The notes beneath the pieces are model-generated. The model was not told where the DNA came from. It saw only the letters and a list, made by a program, of their open reading frames with translations, and searched no databases. A program made the position numbers and the translations under genes. A stretch of 64,000 bases of DNA from an uncultured delta proteobacterium (GTDB lineage: Bacteria; Myxococcota_A; Polyangia; Haliangiales; Haliangiaceae). The stretch is from assembly GCA_963848295.1 (NCBI GenBank), contig CAWKDB010000010.1, positions 4,800,001-4,864,000 on the forward strand, read 5' to 3'. Within the stretch, counting starts at the first letter, position 1; each line of letters opens with the position of its first letter. Positions 22,107 through 32,535 of this stretch are shown here, piece by piece.

Positions 22107-23152
22107 GATCGCCCCCATCCGTGACCACCGGCGCCGGCGCCGACCGCGAGCGCCGACAGCAACAAGAACAGCGATGCGAGGACGAGCCAGGGATAGCGCT
22201 CGACCGGGACCTGGCGGGTCGCGGCATCGGCGGCGGCATTGAGGATCGGCTGGACGTGGCTCTGCATGATCGAGTCGAGATCGACCGCCGAGGTACCGGC
22301 CGGAATGTACGCGCCCTCGGTCGTCAGCGCGATCTTGCGGAGCGTGTCGCCATCGAGCTTCGAGATCACCGGTGGGCCATCGGGCTTGTTGTTCTTCGTC
22401 AGGATCGACTTCGCCCCGGTGGTGGGATCGGTGATCTCGATCTTGCTGCCTTGCTCGCTGCCGAGCCCGACCGCGACGATCTTGACGCCGGCGTCGCGCG
22501 CCTTCTTCGCCGCGTCGAGCGAGTACTTGTCCTGATCGTCGCCGTCGGTGATCAGCACCATCAGCTTCGCGCCCTGGCCGCTCGGGAAACCGCGCAGCGC
22601 GGTCTTGATAGCCTCGCCGATCTTCGTGCCGCCCCTGCCCGCGCTCTTGGTATCGACGATCGACAACACGGTGTTGAAGAACGAATGATCCGGGGTGAGC
22701 GGGCACATCGGTGCGGCGCGGCCCGCGAACACGACGAGCCCGACGTTCTGACCTTTGAGGCGCTTCACCAGATCCGAGATCTCCGCCTTCGCGCGGGCGA
22801 GGCGGTTCGGCGAGGCGTCCTCGGCGAGCATCGAGCGCGAGACGTCGAGGACGAACATGACGTCGGCCGAGGCTTTCGCAGCGGTGACCGTCTCGGTCTC
22901 GCCGCGAGCCTGCGGCTGCATCAGCGCGCCGATCGCGGCGAGCATCGAGGCGAGCACGAGCCCGAGCTTGAGCGCGATCCGACCGGGGCTCGCTTGCGCG
23001 GTCAGCCGCCGCTGCATCACCGGCGACAGGAACGTCGACAACGCTCCGCGGGCACGAAGCTCGAGGACGCCGAGTCCGATCACGACCGCGAGTGCAGCCC
23101 AGACGAGGTGGACGCGCTGGACCTCTTCGAACCGCCAATCGAACGGATTCAC
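22103..23152 (-). CDS. VWA protein, BatB-like
   Basis: LDVSRSMLAED..PNRL, PLTPD, LITDGD MIDAS motifs. Confidence 0.88.
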   Translation of the reverse strand: MNPFDWRFEEVQRVHLVWAALAVVIGLGVLELRARGALSTFLSPVMQRRLTAQASPGRIALKLGLVLASMLAAIGALMQPQARGETETVTAAKASADVMFVLDVSRSMLAEDASPNRLARAKAEISDLVKRLKGQNVGLVVFAGRAAPMCPLTPDHSFFNTVLSIVDTKSAGRGGTKIGEAIKTALRGFPSGQGAKLMVLITDGDDQDKYSLDAAKKARDAGVKIVAVGLGSEQGSKIEITDPTTGAKSILTKNNKPDGPPVISKLDGDTLRKIALTTEGAYIPAGTSAVDLDSIMQSHVQPILNAAADAATRQVPVERYPWLVLASLFLLLSALAVGAGAGGHGWGRS

Positions 23153-24211
23153 GGCAGCCTCCGCAATACGGTGCCGCGCAGGCCGAATGCCGCTGTGATC
23201 AGGCCGAGCGCCGCGAGCACGAAGTACACGTAGTACTGCGCGTACCGGGTGAACCGCTCCTCCTCGAACGTGCTGCGCTCGAGCTTGTCGATCTGTTTGT
23301 AGATCTTCGCGAGGCTGTCGGCATCGGTCGCGCGGAAGTACTGGCCGCCGGTCTTGCTCGCGATCTTGCGCAACAAGGTCTCGTCGATCGAGACGCGGAA
23401 GTGACCGAGGGCTGGCCGGCCGTCGCCGCGGTCCATGCAGATCGGGGCGTCGCCGTTCGTGCCGGCGCCGATCGTATAGACCTTGACGCCGGCGGCGACC
23501 GCCTCGTCGATCGCCTTATCCTCGGCGATGTCGTGGACGTTCGATTCACCGTCGGTCAGCAACAGGACGACCTTGCTGCGCGCGGCTCGGAACGCCTTGA
23601 GCCGCTCGACCGCGAGCTCGAGGCCGGCGCCGATCGCGGTGCCATCGTCTTTCTGGTCCGCGAAGTCGAGGTGGCGCGCGGCGTTGATGAGGTTTCCGTG
23701 GTCGAGGGTCAGCGGGCTGCGCGTGTCGGCGTAGCGCGCGAACGCGACGAGGCCGATCGCGTCGTCCTCGCGGCCATCGAGGCCGTCGCCACCGAGCACG
23801 AACCGGGTCGAACACGCGCTTGACCGCGCCGAGTCGGGTCGGGTCCTCGGCGTTGGCGTCTTGGTCGCAACCGGCGCCTTGCTTGCCCGCGAGATCCTGC
23901 GCGCGCATCGAGCCCGAGACGTCGACCGCCATCATCACCGCGATGCCGTCGCGATGAACGCGCGAGCTCTTGTCGCCGGCGCGCGGCCCGGCGAACGCGA
24001 TCGCGAGCGCGACGACCGCGAGGGCGAGCATCGCGTCGGGGACCCACGCGAGTCGAGTGCGCCAGGTCTTGCCGCCGAACGGCAACGCGCGCAGCGACGA
24101 GAACACGACACGGCCGGCGCTCGCGCGGGCCCACACGTACGCCGGAATCGCGAGGATCGCGGTCGTCAGGAACCACGGTTCGGCGAGCTCGAGGTTGCCC
24201 CACAGCCTCAT
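23149..24211 (-). CDS. VWA protein, BatA-like (frameshift at ~23806)
   Basis: VDVSGSMRAQD in one frame; D.IGLVAF, PLTLDH, GTAIG, LLTDGE in the other. Confidence 0.85.
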
Positions 24212-25224
24212 GCCGCGGCCGCCTCGCGCATGCGCGTATCCTCGACGAACCCGCGCGCCGATTCGAGCGACGCCAGCGACTCCGAGCTCTCCGGCCGGTA
24301 GCCTGCGAACTTCACCTGATCGCAGCGCTCGAGGAACGCGGTGAGCATGCCGCGATGCTCGGAGGTGAGCTCGCCGGCGCGCGACATTTCTTGAAGAAAT
24401 TCCTCGGTCGTCAGCTCGGGCGCGCGGATGTCGTAGCGGCGCTCGAGGTATGCGCGGACGATTCCCGAGAGATCGACGAACCATGCGTCGGCCTCCGCCT
24501 CGCCCGGAGCGCCGCGATCGCCGAGCGCGCGCAGCCTCGCGACCGCTTCGTCGTAGGCCGAGCGTTGCGCCGCGATCTTGCGCCGCGCACGCCATGCGCG
24601 GAACGCGAGCACCGAGCCCGAGCCGATGACCGCGGCGATGCTCGCGATGCCGATGACGAGCGTCCACGGCACGCCGCCGATATCGGGATCGAGCGCGCCG
24701 CTCGCTGCGTGCATCTCGGCGCTGGTCGCCGCCGGCGGCACCGGGGCGATATCGATCGGAATCTCCTCGGTCAGCAGCTCCTGAGGCTTCGGCACTTCCT
24801 TGCCAGAGCCGGGCGCGGCTCGGCCATCGGTCATCTCGAACCGAAACGGCGGGATGCGCTGCTTGCCGCTCGAGGATGCCTCGAGCGTGTAGGTCTGCTC
24901 GAACCGTTGACCGCCGTCGGGCAAGCGCTTCACGTCATGCGTCCAGTCCGGAACATCGAACCGCCCGAGCTCGCGAGCGCCGGTCTCTTGAAACGGCGGA
25001 TCGATCGCGACACCCGCCGCGGCGTCGATCACGAGTCGCAGGTAGATCTCGTCGCCGAGTCGCGGCTTCGCCGGCCAGACCTTGATCGTCGCCTTGACCG
25101 GCCCGTTCTCGGTGACCTTGACGATCGCGTCTTTCGGCGGCTCGAGCGCGGACGCCGGCACTTGGTCGGGCGTCGAGCCGTGGCTGCACGCGGCAAGCGT
25201 GGCGACGACGAGCAGGCGCTTCAT
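24208..25224 (-). CDS. Bat-operon lipoprotein with TM (DUF4381-like)
   Basis: Lipobox LAAC; YLERRY.I.A.E.TT.EF..D.VKFA motif; position in the operon. Confidence 0.75.
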   Translation of the reverse strand: MKRLLVVATLAACSHGSTPDQVPASALEPPKDAIVKVTENGPVKATIKVWPAKPRLGDEIYLRLVIDAAAGVAIDPPFQETGARELGRFDVPDWTHDVKRLPDGGQRFEQTYTLEASSSGKQRIPPFRFEMTDGRAAPGSGKEVPKPQELLTEEIPIDIAPVPPAATSAEMHAASGALDPDIGGVPWTLVIGIASIAAVIGSGSVLAFRAWRARRKIAAQRSAYDEAVARLRALGDRGAPGEAEADAWFVDLSGIVRAYLERRYDIRAPELTTEEFLQEMSRAGELTSEHRGMLTAFLERCDQVKFAGYRPESSESLASLESARGFVEDTRMREAAAA

Positions 25225-26201
25225 CGCCGCAGCCTCCTCTCGCGCTCGCGGAAGAAAGCGAGCAGCGGATCGACCATCGATTGCGACGCGTCGAACACGA
25301 CGAGATCCATCCCGGTCGCGCGCAGCTGATCGCGCAACCGACTCGCCCGTTCGTCGGCGCCGCGCGCGAGCTCGGTGCGAAACGCCGGCGACCGAGTATC
25401 GACGAGCCGCGAGCTCCCGGTCTCGGCGTCCTCGAGCGTGACGAGCCCGGCGGGCGGCATCTCGGCCTCGCGCGGATCCGTGATCAGCGCGGCGACGACG
25501 TCGTGCTTGCGATTCGCATGGCGCAGCACCTGGAGGTAGCCGTCATCGAAGAAGTCGCTGATCAAGAACAGCACGGCGCGGCGAGGTAGGACCTGCCGGC
25601 ACAGCTCGAGCGCCGCCGCGATCGACGTCGACCGCCTCGGCTCGCGCGTCACCTTCGCCTGGAGCTTTGCCCACCACGCGCGGATGGCGCGCGGCATCTC
25701 GAGCCAGCCACCGCGGGGGGACGGGCCGGCCGCGGCGCCCTGACCGCGAGCCAGCACCTCGCGCACGATGCGCAGTGCGTGCTTGCCGCCTTTGCGCGGC
25801 GGAATGTAGAGGTCGGCGGCGCCGTGGAACAGCAGCAGGCCGACCTTGTCGCCGTTCTCCACCGCGCTCATCGCGAGCAGCGCCGACAGCTCGGTCGCGG
25901 CTTCGAGCTTGCTGCGCCGGCCCGAGCCGAAATCCTGCGACGCCGAAACGTCGACGAGCAACATCACGGTCAGCTCGCGCTCCTCGACAAAGCGCTTGAT
26001 GTGCGGCTCGCCGGTGCGCGCGGTGACATTCCAATCGATCGCGCGAATATCGTCGCCCGGTACGTACGGCCGGACCTCGTCGAACTCCATGCCGCGGCCC
26101 TTGAACACCGACAGGTACGCGCCCGCCATCACGTCGGACACTTGGCGTCCGGTCACGAACTGGATGCGCTTGACGGCCTGCGCGATCTCGGCGGGCAACA
26201 T
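25221..26201 (-). CDS. DUF58 protein
   Basis: GRGMEFDEVR.Y.PGDD.R.IDWNVTAR, LISDF. Confidence 0.93.
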   Translation of the reverse strand: MLPAEIAQAVKRIQFVTGRQVSDVMAGAYLSVFKGRGMEFDEVRPYVPGDDIRAIDWNVTARTGEPHIKRFVEERELTVMLLVDVSASQDFGSGRRSKLEAATELSALLAMSAVENGDKVGLLLFHGAADLYIPPRKGGKHALRIVREVLARGQGAAAGPSPRGGWLEMPRAIRAWWAKLQAKVTREPRRSTSIAAALELCRQVLPRRAVLFLISDFFDDGYLQVLRHANRKHDVVAALITDPREAEMPPAGLVTLEDAETGSSRLVDTRSPAFRTELARGADERASRLRDQLRATGMDLVVFDASQSMVDPLLAFFRERERRLRR

Positions 26202-26209
26202 GGACGGGC

Positions 26210-27194
<985 letters not shown>

Positions 27195-27301
27195 AGGTTT
27201 TTTGGGCGAGGCGAAGGAAACCGCCGCCTGCGCGCCCTGTCAACCACGACGCGCAGTCGTTCATTCCCGAGTGAACACCAGAGACTCCGCGCACTTACCT
27301 C

Positions 27302-27376
27302 GGGACGGAGTAACCTTTGACACCTTGCGGTCGCGGACGAGCTCGGTCCGGAAGGTGTCAAAGGTGACTCCGTCCC
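27302..27376. repeat. 25-bp inverted repeat (REP/MITE-like)
   Basis: gggacggagtaacctttgacacctt (27302-27326) vs aaggtgtcaaaggtgactccgtccc (27352-27376); 24/25 complementary. Confidence 0.85.
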
Positions 27377-27475
27377 CGGTCAGGACTCGTATGACTTTGT
27401 CTCGACGCGCTTACGTTGCTTGACCGATCGAGTGCCGCGCGCGAGAGTGAACCTAAGGAATCGGAGATCAGGACG

Positions 27476-27568
27476 ATGAGCTTCGGCATTACGCACACCA
27501 CCCCGGCGACGGCATGTCTCGCCGTCGATCGCGGCGTGGCCCGCGGTGGCCGAGGCTCGATGCGCTGA
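27476..27568 (+). CDS. Putative 30-aa leader peptide MSFGITHTTPATACLAVDRGVARGGRGSMR
   Basis: SD-like ggag/agga upstream; followed by terminator/antiterminator structures and the MATE gene. Confidence 0.5.
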   Translation: MSFGITHTTPATACLAVDRGVARGGRGSMR

Positions 27569-27590
27569 TCGAGACCGACCTCACCGTCGC

Positions 27591-27625
27591 GGGCCCCTTG
27601 TTGACCAGGGGGCCCTTGTTCGTTT
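27591..27625 (+). terminator. Intrinsic terminator/attenuator upstream of MATE
   Basis: Stem gggccccttg / cagggggccc with 5-nt loop, then ttgttcgttt. Confidence 0.7.
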
Positions 27626-27658
27626 CGGCGAAACGATACGGGGCTCGGGAGATCCTCG

Positions 27659-29014
27659 ATGTCTGCGACTGCCTTACCCCTAGATTGGACCGATCGACCT
27701 GGCCGGACGCTGCTACGTCTAGCGTGGCCGATCACGGTCAGTACGTTGTCCTATTCGACGATGACGCTCGCGTCGACCGCGTTCGTCGCGCGGGTCGGGT
27801 CGGACGAGCTCGCGGGCGTCGGGCTCGGCGCGGTGATCGGTTTTGCGCTGATCTGTTTCGGCATCGGCGTGCTGCGCGGCGCCAAGACGCTCGTGTCGCA
27901 GGCGATCGGTGCGGGCCGGCGCGAGCAGATCCCTCAGCTGCTCGGCGCGGCGGTCGCGCTCGCGCTAGGGCTCGGTGCGCTCGCCGTGATCGTCGGCGAG
28001 TCCGTCGCGCCGCTCGTCGCGGCGTTGTCGGCATCGCGGCGCGCGGGACTGCTCGCCGCGCAGTATCTCGCGATTCGCTCGCTCGGCGCGCCGTTGGTGT
28101 TGCTCTACGCGGCGTTGCGCGAGGCGCGCTACGGCGAGGGCGATACGAAGCGGCCGATGCGCGCGTCGCTCGTCGCGAACGGCGTCAACATCGCGCTCGA
28201 TGCGACGTTGATCCTCGGCTTGGGCTGGGGCGTCGCCGGCGCGGCGGTCGCGACGATCGTCGCGAACGCGACGGAGCTGTCGTTGCTCGCATGGCCGATG
28301 CGGCACCAGCTGCGCGCGATGCGTTGGGCGCGCACCGCGCTCGGTGCGGTGTGGGAGCAAGGCTTGCCCAACGGCCTGCAGTTCGTCATGGAGGTCGGTG
28401 CGTTCTTGATCCTGACGGTGATCGTCGCGCGCTCGTCTGCGGTCGACGGCGCGGCGCATCAGCTCGTGCTGCACCTGATCAACGTGTCGTTCTTGCCGGC
28501 GCATTCGCTCGCCGAAGCGGCGGCGGTGCTGGTCGGACAGGCGGTCGGGGCGAATCGCGACGCGTTGGTGCCGAAGATCGCGCGCAAGGCGCTCGCGATC
28601 GGCGTCGGCTACTCGGCGACCTGCCTGCTCGGCTTCGTGCTGCTCGGCGGCGTGATCACGCGCGCGATGGCCGCAGGAGATCCCGCGCTCGCGGCGCGCG
28701 CCGAGACCCTGCTCCACGTCGGGCTCGCGTTCTTGATCGCCGACGCGGCGAGCGTGATCGCGCGCGGCGTCTTGCGCGGCGCGAGCGACGTGAAGTACGC
28801 CGCGATCGTCGGGATCATCACGTCATGGGTGACGACACCTCCGCTCGCGTGGCTGCTCGGCGTCGAGGCCGGGCTCGGCGCGGTCGGCGGCTGGATCGGG
28901 CTCGCGGTCGAGATCATCATCGGAGCCGCCTTGTTCTGGCTGCGGGTGTGGCGGGGCGGTTGGCGCCCGGCCGCAGCCAAGGCGAGGCGGGCGATGGCTG
29001 GCATCGCGGTGTAG
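27659..29014 (+). CDS. MATE-family efflux transporter
   Basis: LLRLAWP, VSQAIGA, GDTKRPM, GVAGAAVAT, VGQAVGA; ~12 TMs. Confidence 0.93.
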   Translation: MSATALPLDWTDRPGRTLLRLAWPITVSTLSYSTMTLASTAFVARVGSDELAGVGLGAVIGFALICFGIGVLRGAKTLVSQAIGAGRREQIPQLLGAAVALALGLGALAVIVGESVAPLVAALSASRRAGLLAAQYLAIRSLGAPLVLLYAALREARYGEGDTKRPMRASLVANGVNIALDATLILGLGWGVAGAAVATIVANATELSLLAWPMRHQLRAMRWARTALGAVWEQGLPNGLQFVMEVGAFLILTVIVARSSAVDGAAHQLVLHLINVSFLPAHSLAEAAAVLVGQAVGANRDALVPKIARKALAIGVGYSATCLLGFVLLGGVITRAMAAGDPALAARAETLLHVGLAFLIADAASVIARGVLRGASDVKYAAIVGIITSWVTTPPLAWLLGVEAGLGAVGGWIGLAVEIIIGAALFWLRVWRGGWRPAAAKARRAMAGIAV

Positions 29015-29220
29015 GTCGTGTGAGCTAGCCCACGTCTGGCGCCCCGGGCCGCTCGCGCGGTCATCGATGCGACCCGATCGGCGTGGGCGACCGCGGCGTC
29101 GGCGTTGATCACGGCGACCATCGCGGGCGACCTCGGCTTCCTCGGCCCCGCGATCGATGCCGACGGCCGCTCGAAACGGCGGCAATGTTCGTCGTCTTGG
29201 TTGGCGCCGATCGGCATCGC

Positions 29221-32200
29221 TCAGTCGAGCGGCCAGGGCAAGGTGCGCAGATCCGGCGCGATCGCGGCGAAGCCGGCGCGCAGGCGCGCGGCGGTAGGCC
29301 GTTTGCGCGGATCGCGCGACACCGCGGCGCGCAGCAGCTGCGCGAGCGAGCCGAGGTGAGGCTTGCGCTCGAGCCGCGCGAGGACGTCGGCGCCTGGCTG
29401 AGCCGCGAAGTGTTGATCGAGGACTTGTTGCAGGGTATCGCCGCGGAGCAGCACGCGGTTCGTGAGTACCTCGAAGGCGACGCACGCGGCGGAATAGACG
29501 TCGGCGGCGAACGGCTCGTGCTGGTCGCCGTCCTCGCTCCACACCTCGGCGGCACCGTAGTGAATGCTGCCGCAGCCGGCGCGTATCCGGCGACCGGCGA
29601 GCCCGAAGTCGACGAGCACCGCGTCGCCGTTGCCGGCGCGCAGCACGACGTTCGCGGGTTTGACGTCGAGGTGCGCGATCTGGACGTGGTGCATCGCATC
29701 GAGGCCGGCGAGCAAGCCGTCGACGATCGCGAGCGCGCGCGGCATCTCGAGCTGGTCCGCTTCGAGCGTGCGCTCGAGATTGGTACCGCGCACGAACTCC
29801 ATGACGAGCACCGGCTTGGGTCGGGCGCTCGCATCGAACGTGATGAATCGCGCGAGGTTGCCGTGACGCGGGAGCGCGAGCAACGCCGAGGCCTCTTCGC
29901 GGAACAGCCGCTCGAACTCTTGCTCGGACAAGCTGCGCGCGGCTTCGCCCGCGTAGTCCGGAACCTTCAGCGCGACCTGCTCGCGATCGGCCCGCGCCCG
30001 ATCATCGGCGCGCACCGCGAGCAAGACCGATCCGCCGGCGCCGCGCCCGATCGGCCGTACAACGTAGAAGCCGCCGAGCAAGCGCGACAATGGAACCCAG
30101 CCCGGCAGCATCGCGTCCGCGGCCGCGGTCGGCGCTGGATCGGCGTCGCCGAGGGGCCGGCGCGCGAGCGCGACCAAGACGCGCTCGGTCGCCGCGGCGA
30201 GCGCCGGAGGCAACGCCATGCGCGCGGCATCGACGGTCGCGGCGACGTGCTCGTCGAGCGAGTCATCTCCACGCGCCGCCGACTGCGCGAGGTCGCGCGC
30301 ATGGGCTTCGAGCTCGTCGCTGCGATCGTCGGCCGCGAGTCCGAGGCGCTGGCGCGCGCCGAACACGCGGCGGGCGAGGGCGCCGAGCTCGAGCGCGACG
30401 CTCTCGACGACACCGGCCGCATCGCGCCGGCTGCTCGCGCAGATCCGAGCCAGCAGGTTGCCGAGTCGGGCGAGCGAGAGTCGGACCGATTCGACTCTCG
30501 GCGATTGCTCGGGCGGGAGAGCGTCGGCGAGCTCGCCGAGGCGTTCGACGACGGCGGACACCGCATCGCCATCGTCGGGATCGGCGGCGGCCCACGTCGC
30601 CTTCTCGAGGGCGGCGTGCGCGGCGAACACCGCCTCGACCTCGGGCACCATCGACGCCTCGCGGACGATCGCGAAGTCCTCGTCGGCAAAGCTCGTCGTC
30701 CACGCGAGCAACAGGTCGGTGACCTCGGCGTGACCGTCGCGCAGCAGGGCATCGCCGGCGCGAGTCATCGCCGCCCACACCGCGCGGCGTAGCGGCGAGC
30801 GATCTAGCTGCGCGCGCGCCATCAGTTGGCGAACCGCCGCGAGTCGAGCTCCGACATCGGCTTCGCCACTCGCTCGCATGCCGTCGAGCAGGCGGACCAG
30901 AGCGCGCAACCGCGCGATGCGCAGCCCGCCGTGGAGCACCGGTCCGGTCTCGGCTCGCGCTTCGCGGGCGAGCAACGCGGCCTCGATCGCCGCGAGGCCG
31001 CGCGCGAACTGAGCGCGCGCCGGATCGCCGTCGGGTGCGAGCGCGAGCACCGCCGGCAGGGCGTTGTCGGCGAGCAAGCCGCGATCGAGCTCCCGCAACA
31101 ACCGCACCGAGTGGCGGCGATCGATCGGGTCGTCGTCGTTCGCGCGCTCGAGCCAATCGGCCGCGGCGACGACCTCTTCGACCGCGGCGCGAGCGTCGTG
31201 CAACGCGCGCGGAATATCGCCGGCATCGAGCGCCGCTCGCGCGGCAGCGATCGGCAGCGCGAGGCCTTCGGGCCGCGCGCCATCGCCGAGCTCGGCGTCG
31301 AGCGCATGGAGCAGCGCCCAGCGGCCGTCGTCATCGGTGGCCGCGACCGCGAGCTTGGCGCGCGTCCAGTCGTGCGCGGCCGCCGCAGCACGTGGCAACA
31401 GCGCCGCCGCCTCTTCGCGGCGCAGCTCGGCGAGCGCTTCGGCCGCATCGAGCGGCGCTCGCGAGACGAGCTCGGTCGCGAGGTCATCCGCGGCATCTGG
31501 CGACGTGATCGCCAAGCCGGCGAGGCCGAGGATCGCACCGCGCGCGACGCCGGGCTCGGTCGCGGCGCGTTCGACGAGGATCGGCGTCCACCGCGCCGCC
31601 GCGCCGCCGTGCTCGAGGGCCGCCGCCGCCGACGCGGAGGCGCGGCGCAGCTCGGTCGGGTTCGCGTTCGGCCGGAGCTCGCGATCGATGTCATCGGCGA
31701 GCTCGGAGTCGACGTGCGCGAGCAGGCCGCGCGCGATGCCGGCGAACCGCCAGATCAGCTGCTCGCGATCGCCGAGCAGCCGCGTCAACGCCGCGCGCAC
31801 CCCCGCGCGCGCGAGCACCGCGACGCCGCCGCGATCGCCGCCGAGCTGGCGCCGCAGCGCCTCGCGCGCACCATGTGCCAAGATCCGCGCGGCGAGCCGC
31901 CGACCCGGCAACGATCCGGTCGCCGGCACTTCGACCCAACTGTGCGCGAGCGACGGCTGAGCGAGCAAGCCGATCGCGAGCTCGCCGGTCGCGCCGGGGG
32001 CAGTCAGCGGCGCGGACAACACGACCTCGGCGCGCGCTCGCAGCGCCGGATCGGTCGCGAGCAGCTTCGGCGACGACCGCGCGAGCGCGACGAGCAACCG
32101 CACGAACGTGTCGCGATCGGCGGTGCGCAGGCGCTGCAGCACGCGCCGGCCGAGCTCGCGTCGCTCTGGCCCGGCGGGCAACGCCTGAGCGAGCTCGAAC

Positions 32201-32442
32201 AACGCGACCGCCGCGGCCGCGGGCGACAACCACTCGAGCTCGGCGAGCACGCCGTCACCGAGCGCGGTGCGGACGGCGACGAGGAGCTCGTCCGCGGCGA
32301 TGCCTTCGAGCGGAGCCGGCTCGCGCTCGGCGATCTGCGCGAGCATGGCGAGCCCCGCGCGCGCGACCTTGCGGCGCTCCTCGACATCGGCGATCGCGTG
32401 CAGTCCTGCGAATGCCGCCAGGTAGGTGCGGCCGGTCCCCAT
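29221..32442 (-). CDS. Ser/Thr kinase with long helical N-terminal region
   Basis: C-terminal GRGAGGSV, ALK, HLDVKPAN, DFG, DVYS. Confidence 0.85.
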   Translation of the reverse strand: MGTGRTYLAAFAGLHAIADVEERRKVARAGLAMLAQIAEREPAPLEGIAADELLVAVRTALGDGVLAELEWLSPAAAAVALFELAQALPAGPERRELGRRVLQRLRTADRDTFVRLLVALARSSPKLLATDPALRARAEVVLSAPLTAPGATGELAIGLLAQPSLAHSWVEVPATGSLPGRRLAARILAHGAREALRRQLGGDRGGVAVLARAGVRAALTRLLGDREQLIWRFAGIARGLLAHVDSELADDIDRELRPNANPTELRRASASAAAALEHGGAAARWTPILVERAATEPGVARGAILGLAGLAITSPDAADDLATELVSRAPLDAAEALAELRREEAAALLPRAAAAAHDWTRAKLAVAATDDDGRWALLHALDAELGDGARPEGLALPIAAARAALDAGDIPRALHDARAAVEEVVAAADWLERANDDDPIDRRHSVRLLRELDRGLLADNALPAVLALAPDGDPARAQFARGLAAIEAALLAREARAETGPVLHGGLRIARLRALVRLLDGMRASGEADVGARLAAVRQLMARAQLDRSPLRRAVWAAMTRAGDALLRDGHAEVTDLLLAWTTSFADEDFAIVREASMVPEVEAVFAAHAALEKATWAAADPDDGDAVSAVVERLGELADALPPEQSPRVESVRLSLARLGNLLARICASSRRDAAGVVESVALELGALARRVFGARQRLGLAADDRSDELEAHARDLAQSAARGDDSLDEHVAATVDAARMALPPALAAATERVLVALARRPLGDADPAPTAAADAMLPGWVPLSRLLGGFYVVRPIGRGAGGSVLLAVRADDRARADREQVALKVPDYAGEAARSLSEQEFERLFREEASALLALPRHGNLARFITFDASARPKPVLVMEFVRGTNLERTLEADQLEMPRALAIVDGLLAGLDAMHHVQIAHLDVKPANVVLRAGNGDAVLVDFGLAGRRIRAGCGSIHYGAAEVWSEDGDQHEPFAADVYSAACVAFEVLTNRVLLRGDTLQQVLDQHFAAQPGADVLARLERKPHLGSLAQLLRAAVSRDPRKRPTAARLRAGFAAIAPDLRTLPWPLD

Positions 32443-32535
32443 CGGCGAATTTTATCGGGTTAGCCGCCCGAGGGCCGGTTTTGCCCCGAGATGGATCGAT
32501 CAATCGGCTGTCCGGCGAAGCAAGGACGGCCGAAT

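Noticed and set aside
22107..23138. N-terminal ~340 aa of the 1115-aa ORF 19791..23138
   Set aside because: Arg-rich off-frame overlap with the BatB-like gene; the real start with a lipobox is near 22106.
27514..29028. 504-aa ORF overlapping MATE, and the many other long Arg/Ala-rich alternative ORFs
   Set aside because: Shadow ORFs expected at high GC content; no motifs.
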